The notes under the pieces are model-generated. The model was not told the DNA's origin and made no database searches. It was given only the letters and a program-made list of their open reading frames with translations. From Selaginella moellendorffii (taxonomy: Eukaryota; Plantae; Lycopodiophyta): a stretch of DNA of 64,000 bases. The number at the start of each line of letters is the position of its first letter. Position 1 is the first letter of the stretch. Made by a program: the position numbers and the translations under genes. Location: the NCBI RefSeq assembly GCF_000143415.4, contig NW_003314281.1:51572-115571 (forward strand), read 5' to 3'. Of the stretch, positions 57,584 to 64,000 are shown piece by piece.

Positions 57584-60500
57584 CATTGATGGCCTACATA
57601 GTGAGAGTATGCAGTAACACTTGCGTCATTCTCAGCCTACAAAGAGTTTGGAGGAGCTCTTTAATGCAGTTCGTCGACTTGACAATGACAAGCACAAGTC
57701 TCGCAAGCATTCGTGGAGTCATTCTATCGAGAATTGTCGTGATGATCGCCGTAGACACAAGGATGGGAACAAGCATCACAAGTTGAAGTCGGTGGTGACT
57801 ACTTCAGATGCAAAGGTGTCCAAGAAGTAGAAGTTCTTTGTGAAGAATTATAGACAGGGTTGTCATCATTGCGGCGAACTTGGACACTACAAGGCTGATT
57901 GTCTACAGTTGAAGAACAAGTAGCAGGACAAGAAGAATGGCCAATCTTCTTCTCATGGTAAGTCAGATACTAAAAAGTTGCAAACTTTGCAGCGTGAGGA
58001 TGAGGAGAACGACCATTCCGGTCGGAGGAAGCGACTTTCGATCGTTGCTCATCAGCTCAACTGTGTGTGGAACAAGATGGAGCTCGAGGATACGCGTGAA
58101 TCAGCTTTAATGCTGGAGGGCGTGTTCCGTGGCGATCCAGTGCGGATTTTACTGGATAGTGGGAGCGATGACAACTTTGTTTCGGCAAAGTTTGTTGCGG
58201 AGCATGGCCTGGTCATACGCAGCGTTCTTCCATACACAATGGAAGGTGCAGCTACCTCTACTCAGCATTTCAATGCTTGTGTCGAGGGGCTGGAAGTGTT
58301 GGTTGGCAAAACTACACTTGTGGAGACTTTTTATCTCGCGGATATCCATCGTGTGGATCTCATTCTCAGGATGCCATGGTTGGTGAAGGTGGATCCAGAG
58401 ATAACGTGGAGTATAAAGTGTATCTCGCTGGAGTACGGTGGCGTTAAAGATGTGTGGTTTGGCGAGGGCGTTCAACCACCAGTTGTTATGCTCTCTGCTA
58501 CATCTTTGAAGCGGGCTTGTCGTAATGGAAAAACACTTTCGAGTTACTTGTTGTTTGTTCGTGACTTAGGGGACTAAGGCACGTGTGGGGGAGAAGCAGC
58601 AGTTTGGGATGTACTGGAAGAGTTTTCTGATGTTTTTCCATCTGAACTTCCTCATGGATTGCCTCCATTACGAGGTGTGGAGCATGGGATTACATTGGAG
58701 CCAGGGACGCGACCAATTTACCGGCGTTCATTTCGGTTAAGTTATGCGGAGGAGCACGAAGTTCAACGACAAGTGAAGGAGTTACTTGAGTTTGGATTCA
58801 TTCAGCCAAGCAAGTCTCCATTTGGTGCTCCGGTCTTGCTTGTGAAGAAGAAGGACAGTTCAATGCGAATGTGTATTGACTACCGCGCTTTGAGACAGTG
58901 AAGGATAAGATGCCGATGCCACGTGTGGATGATATCCTAGACAAGCTTGGTGAAGCACGAGTGTTTACCAAGATTGATCTGAGGAGTGGATATCATCAGA
59001 TTGCAATGGATGATGCATCTATCTCCAAGACGGCATTCAACACAAGCTTCGGACATTTTGAGTTTACAGTTATGCCGTTTGGTTTGACGAATGCACCGGC
59101 CACATTTACTCAGTTGATGACGGAGGTATTTGGGCATTATCTTCATGAGTTTGTGGAGATTTTCTTGGATGATATTCTTGTTTTTAGCAAGAATATGGAG
59201 GAGCATAGGGTGCATTTGCGCAAGGTTCTTTTGTTATTTCGAGACAACAAACTTTATGCGAAGAAGAGCAAATGTGAATTTGCAAAGTCAGAGGTGGAAT
59301 ATCTAGGCCATATTGTGACATCTAAGGGTGTCAAGACGGATCCAAAGAAGGTGGCTGTGGTGGAAAACTGGCCTACACCGACTACAGTGGCCGAGTTGCG
59401 CAGTTTTCTTGGTATGGCTAGTTACTACCGACGTTTCCAGCATAAGTTTGCAGAGGTGGCTATTCCTTTGACGCGGATGCTACGCAAGAATATGCCATTC
59501 GAGTGGAAGACGCCACAAGAGGAGAGTTTTGTGGCACTGAAACGATTGTTGAGCGAGGCTCCAGTGCTTCGCATTGCTGATCCAGCGAAACCTTACGAGG
59601 TGACATGCGATGCGAGTGGTTATGCACTGGGAGGAGTTCTCATGCAAGAAGGACAGCCTATTGCATATGAGAGTCGAACTTTGAATTCCGCGGAGCAACG
59701 CTATTCCACATATGAGCAAGAGTTACTCTCTATTGTTCATGCTTTGCGGACGTGGCAGCACTATCTTTATGGTGCAGTGTTCGTGGTGTTGACAGATCAC
59801 AAACCACTTGTGTATCTTTTCACACAGAAGGAGTTGAACACTAGGCAAGCTCATTGGATGGTCAAACTTATGGAGTTTGGGGAGTTTCCTATTGAGCATC
59901 GTCCGGGAAAATCAAATGTGGTGGCAGATGCTTTATCTCGTGTTACAAACACAATTTTGTCATCATTTGAGTAAGGTGGTCAACGAGTTTGGGCAGTTGG
60001 TTGAGCATGCTCAGGCTCAGGATGCTGAGGTGGCCTCTTTGCGAGACCAGATGGAAGCTCCTTTCTCATTAGTGGATGGGATTCTCTACTACAATGGCCG
60101 TGTATATTTGCTACGGGTGGATGTGTTAATTACTCAAGTTTTATTCCACTATCATGATCGTCCAGAGGCCAGTCATTTTGGGGGGAAGAAGACGTATGAG
60201 TTGATTAAGCGCAACTTTTATTGGAGGAATATGAAGGCTGATATCCTCAAGTATTGTAAATCATGCGAGCTTTGTCAGCGGGTTAAGGTGCCACGGGAGA
60301 AGCTAGGGGGACTTTTGCAACCTTTACCTATTCCTCAGATCCGTTGGTGTAGTATCTCTATGGACTTCATCACTTGTTTGCCACGAACATAGAGGCAAAA
60401 GGAGCAAGTATGGGTCATAGTGGATCGGTTGACGAAGTATGTGCGATTGTTGGCTCTTCGGAAGACTGTCACTGCCTCAGACTTGGCTACAGTTTACTTG

Positions 60501-63500
60501 GAGAAGGTTTTTCCTGATTTTGGTTTGCCGGAGGATATCATTAGTGATCAAGATTCAAAGTTCACAAGTGGATTTTAGAAAAGCCATCGGAATAGTTGGG
60601 ATTACTCAAATGCAATCCCAACTCCACCGCTATTCGAGGATGCCTTCCAAACATGGCAAAGTAAGGACTTAGCTTGGTTCCACTGTGTTAGCTATTGTTG
60701 TAAGCAAATTGCACCAACGGAAGATATAGATCCCACTGTCCTTGCCTTTGACCAATGCTACAATGTAGCATATCCTCCACCACCTGATTCACAGACTCAG
60801 TTTACCCATCCGTCTGAGGATGATCTCCACTTGAGAGTTTCAAAGTCACTTGCATAGCCNNNNNNNNNNNNNNNNNNNNNNNNNNNNNNNNNNNNNNNNN
60901 NNNNNNNNNNNNNNNNNNNNNNNNNNNNNNNNNNNNNNNNNNNNNNNNNNNNNNNNNNNCCGCAGCCAAGTCTGAGGCAGTGACAGTCTTCCGAAGAGCC
61001 AACAACCACACATACTTCGTCAACCGATCCACTATGACCCATACTTGCTCCTTTTGCCTCTGTGTTCGTGGCAAACAAGTGATGAAGTCCATAGAGATAC
61101 TACATCAACGGCTCTGAGGAATAGGTAAAGGTTGCAAAAGTCCCCCTGGCTTCTCCCGTGGCACCTTAACCCGCTGACAAAGCTCGCATGATTTACAATA
61201 CTTGAGGATATCAGCCTTCATATTCCTCCAATAAAAGTTGCGCTTAATCAACTCATACGTCTTCTTCCCCCCAAAATGACCGGCCTCTGGACGATCATGA
61301 TAGTGGAATAAAACTTGAGTAATTAACGCATCCACCCGTGGCAAATAGACACGGCCATTGTAGTAGAGAATCCCATCCACCAATGGGAAAAGAGCTTCCA
61401 TCTGGTCTCGCAAAGAGGCCACCTCAACATCTTGAGCCTGAGCATGCTCAACCAATTGCCCAAACTCGCTGACCACCTTACTCAAATGATGACAAAATCG
61501 TGTTCGTAACGTCGTCACATGACGAACACGAGATAAAGCATCCGCCACCACTTTTTTTTTTCCCGGACGATGCTCAATAGGAAACTCCCCAAACTCCATG
61601 AGTTTGACCATCCAACGAGCTTGCCTAGTGTTCAACTCCTTCTATGTGAAAAGATACACAAGTGGTTTGTGATCTGTCAACACCACGAACACTGCACCAT
61701 AAAGATAGTGCTGCCACGTCTGCAAAGCATGAACAATAGAGAGTAACTCTTGCTCATATGTGGAATAGCGTTGCTCCGCAGAATTCAAAGTTCGACTCTC
61801 ATATGCAATAGGCTGTCCTTCTTGCATGAGAACTCCTCCCNNNNNNNNNNNNNNNNNNNNNNNNNNNNNNNNNNNNNNNNNNNNNNNNNNNNNNNNNNNN
61901 NNNNNNNNNNNNNNNNNNNNNNNNNNNNNNNNNNNNNNNNNNNNNNNNNNNNNNNNNNNNNNNNNNNNNNNNNNNNNNNNNNNNNNNNNNNNNNNNNNNN
62001 NNNNNNNNNNNNNNNNTGCAAACTTATGCTGGAAACGTCGGTAGTAACTAGCCATACCAAGAAAACTGCGCAACTCAGCCACTGTAGTCAGTGTAGGCCA
62101 GTTTTCCACCATATCCACCTTCCTTGGATCCGTCTTGACACCCTTAGATGTCACAATATGGCCTAGATATTCCACCTCCGACTTTGCAAATTCACATTTG
62201 CTCTTCTTCGCATAAAGTTTGTTGTCTCGAAATAACAAAAGAACCTTGCGCAAATGCACCCTATGCTCCTCCATATTCTTGCTAAAAACAAGAATATCAT
62301 CCAAGAAAATCTCCACAAACTCATGAAGATAACGCCCAAATACCTCCGTCATCAACTGAGTAAATGTGGCCGGTGCATTCGTCAAACCAAACGGCATAAC
62401 TGTAAACTCAAAATGTCCGAAGCTTGTGTTGAATGCCGTCTTGGAGATAGATGCATCATCCATTGCAATCTGATGATATCCACTCCTCAGATCAATCTTG
62501 GTAAACACTCGTGCTTCACCAAGCTTGTCTAGGATATCATCCACACGTGGCATCGGCATCTTATCCTTCACTGTCTTCTTGTTCAAAGCACGGTAGTCAA
62601 TACACATTCGCATTGAACCGTCCTTCTTCTTCACAAGCAAGACCGGAGCACCAAATGGAGACTTACTTGGCTGAATGAATCCAAACTCAAGTAACTCCTT
62701 CACTTGTCGTTGAACTTCGTGCTCCTCCGCATAACTTAATCGAAATGGACGCCGGTAAATTGGCCGCGTCCCCGACTCCAATGTAATCCCATGCTCCACA
62801 CCTCGTAACGGAGGCAATTCATGAGGAAGTTCAGATGGAAAAACATCAGAAAACTCATCAAGTACATCCCGTACTGCTGTTTCTCCCCCACACATGCCTT
62901 GGTCCCCCAAGTCACGAACAAACAGCAAGGAACTTGAAAGTGCTTTTCCATTACGACAAGTCAAGGAGTTAAGGTGCCACGGGAGAAGCCAGGGGGACTT
63001 TTGCAACCTTTACCTATTCCTCAGAGCTGTTGGTGTAGTATCTCTATGGACTTCATCACTTATTTGCCACGAACACAGAGGCAAAAGGAGCAAGTATGGG
63101 TCATAGTGGATCGGTTGACGAAGTATGTGCGGTTGTTGGCTCTTCGGAAGACTGTCACTGCCTCAGACTTGGCTGTGGTTTACTTGGAGAAGGTTTTTCC
63201 TGATTTTGGTTTGCCGGAGGAAATCATTAGTGATCGAGATTCAAAGTTCACCAGTGGATTTTGGAAAAGCTTTGCAAAGGCTATGCAAGTGACTTTGAAA
63301 CTCTCGAGTGGAGATCATCCTCAGACGGATGGGTAAACTGAGTCTGTGAATCAGGTGGTGGAGGATATGCTACGTTGTAGCATTGGTCAAAGGCAAGGAC
63401 AGTGGGATCTATATCTTCCGTTGGTGCAATTTGCTTACAACAATAGCCAACACAGTGGAACCAAGCTAAGTCCTTACTTTGCCATGTTTGGAAGGCATCC

Positions 63501-64000
63501 TCGAACAGTGGTGGAGTTGGGATTGCATTTGAGTAAGGACGTTCAAGATAAACTTGATTCCGAGGCAACTGATCTGGCCACAGAACTTGATGAGATTCTG
63601 GTGGTGTGTAAACGGAATTTGCAAGCAGCTCAGGATAGAGCGGAGAAGTTTGCCAATGAGCATCGCCAATTCCGGGAATATAAGGTGGATGATCTCGTCT
63701 TTGTGCGAGTGATCTTTCTGTCAAGTGAGCGGTGGAACACCTTGGTGCCTTTACGGACAGGGAAGAGTGATAAACTTTCCCATCGATATGCTGGTCCATA
63801 TGAAGTGCTGGAGCGCATTGGTAAAGTGGCTTATCGGGTGCGGCTGCCAGTTGGGGTGAAAATTCATCCGGTATTTTATGTCAGCCAGTTGAAAGGTGTA
63901 CTATCTCGGAGTGACGGGCCCAATGCCTCCTTGATGTATATGGCTGTGGAAGATGGACCAGGAGCTTGAGCAGGATTCCCCAGAAAGGGTGATCACCGGT

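Larger units (their letters stand above)
55845..64000 (+). mobile_element. Younger copy of the same short-LTR Ty3/gypsy family, rearranged (forward, inverted, forward pol), running off the window end
   Basis: 5' LTR 55845-56061, PBS TGGTATCAGAG at 56063, gag from 56086. Motifs [60 protein letters not shown]. Reverse-complement pol at ~60600-62958. Confidence 0.9.

Noticed and set aside
57218-57589. SDSTSD-repeat ORF or CRISPR-like array
   Set aside because: Simple hexamer tandem repeat in an LTR, with no spacers and a eukaryotic context.

Overview
Eukaryotic plant genomic DNA. The very short introns (50-140 nt), the PLS-class PPR gene with long L-motif inserts and the CVNH gene suggest a lycophyte such as Selaginella (inference). 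The window has two compartments. About 1-24.5 kb is GC-richer and gene-dense: a broken Crinkler-like NTPase/restriction-endonuclease-fold gene, a 1033-aa PPR, a WD40-like gene, a 7-exon UDP-xylose synthase with a U12 AT-AC intron, a lysine/histidine transporter pseudogene split by an intact 4.8-kb Ty1/copia element, and F-box and B3 fragments. About 24.6-64 kb is an AT-rich transposon graveyard: decayed gypsy and LINE pieces, two rearranged copies of one short-LTR Ty3/gypsy family, a nested solo LTR, a kinesin-4 pseudogene fragment and assembly gaps. Two apparently intact, very AT-rich small secreted-protein genes sit inside it (PLAT/LH2 and a cyanovirin-N homologue). Best leads: (1) the copia element has an extra Cys-rich leader ORF, tiny LTRs and a polyprotein that reads into the 3' LTR; (2) a 10-bp-phased GNATATNC (P1BS-like) array upstream of UXS; (3) the TE-embedded secreted CVNH and PLAT genes; (4) the Crinkler-like locus. 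All family calls come from motif recognition by eye; no database searches were run.
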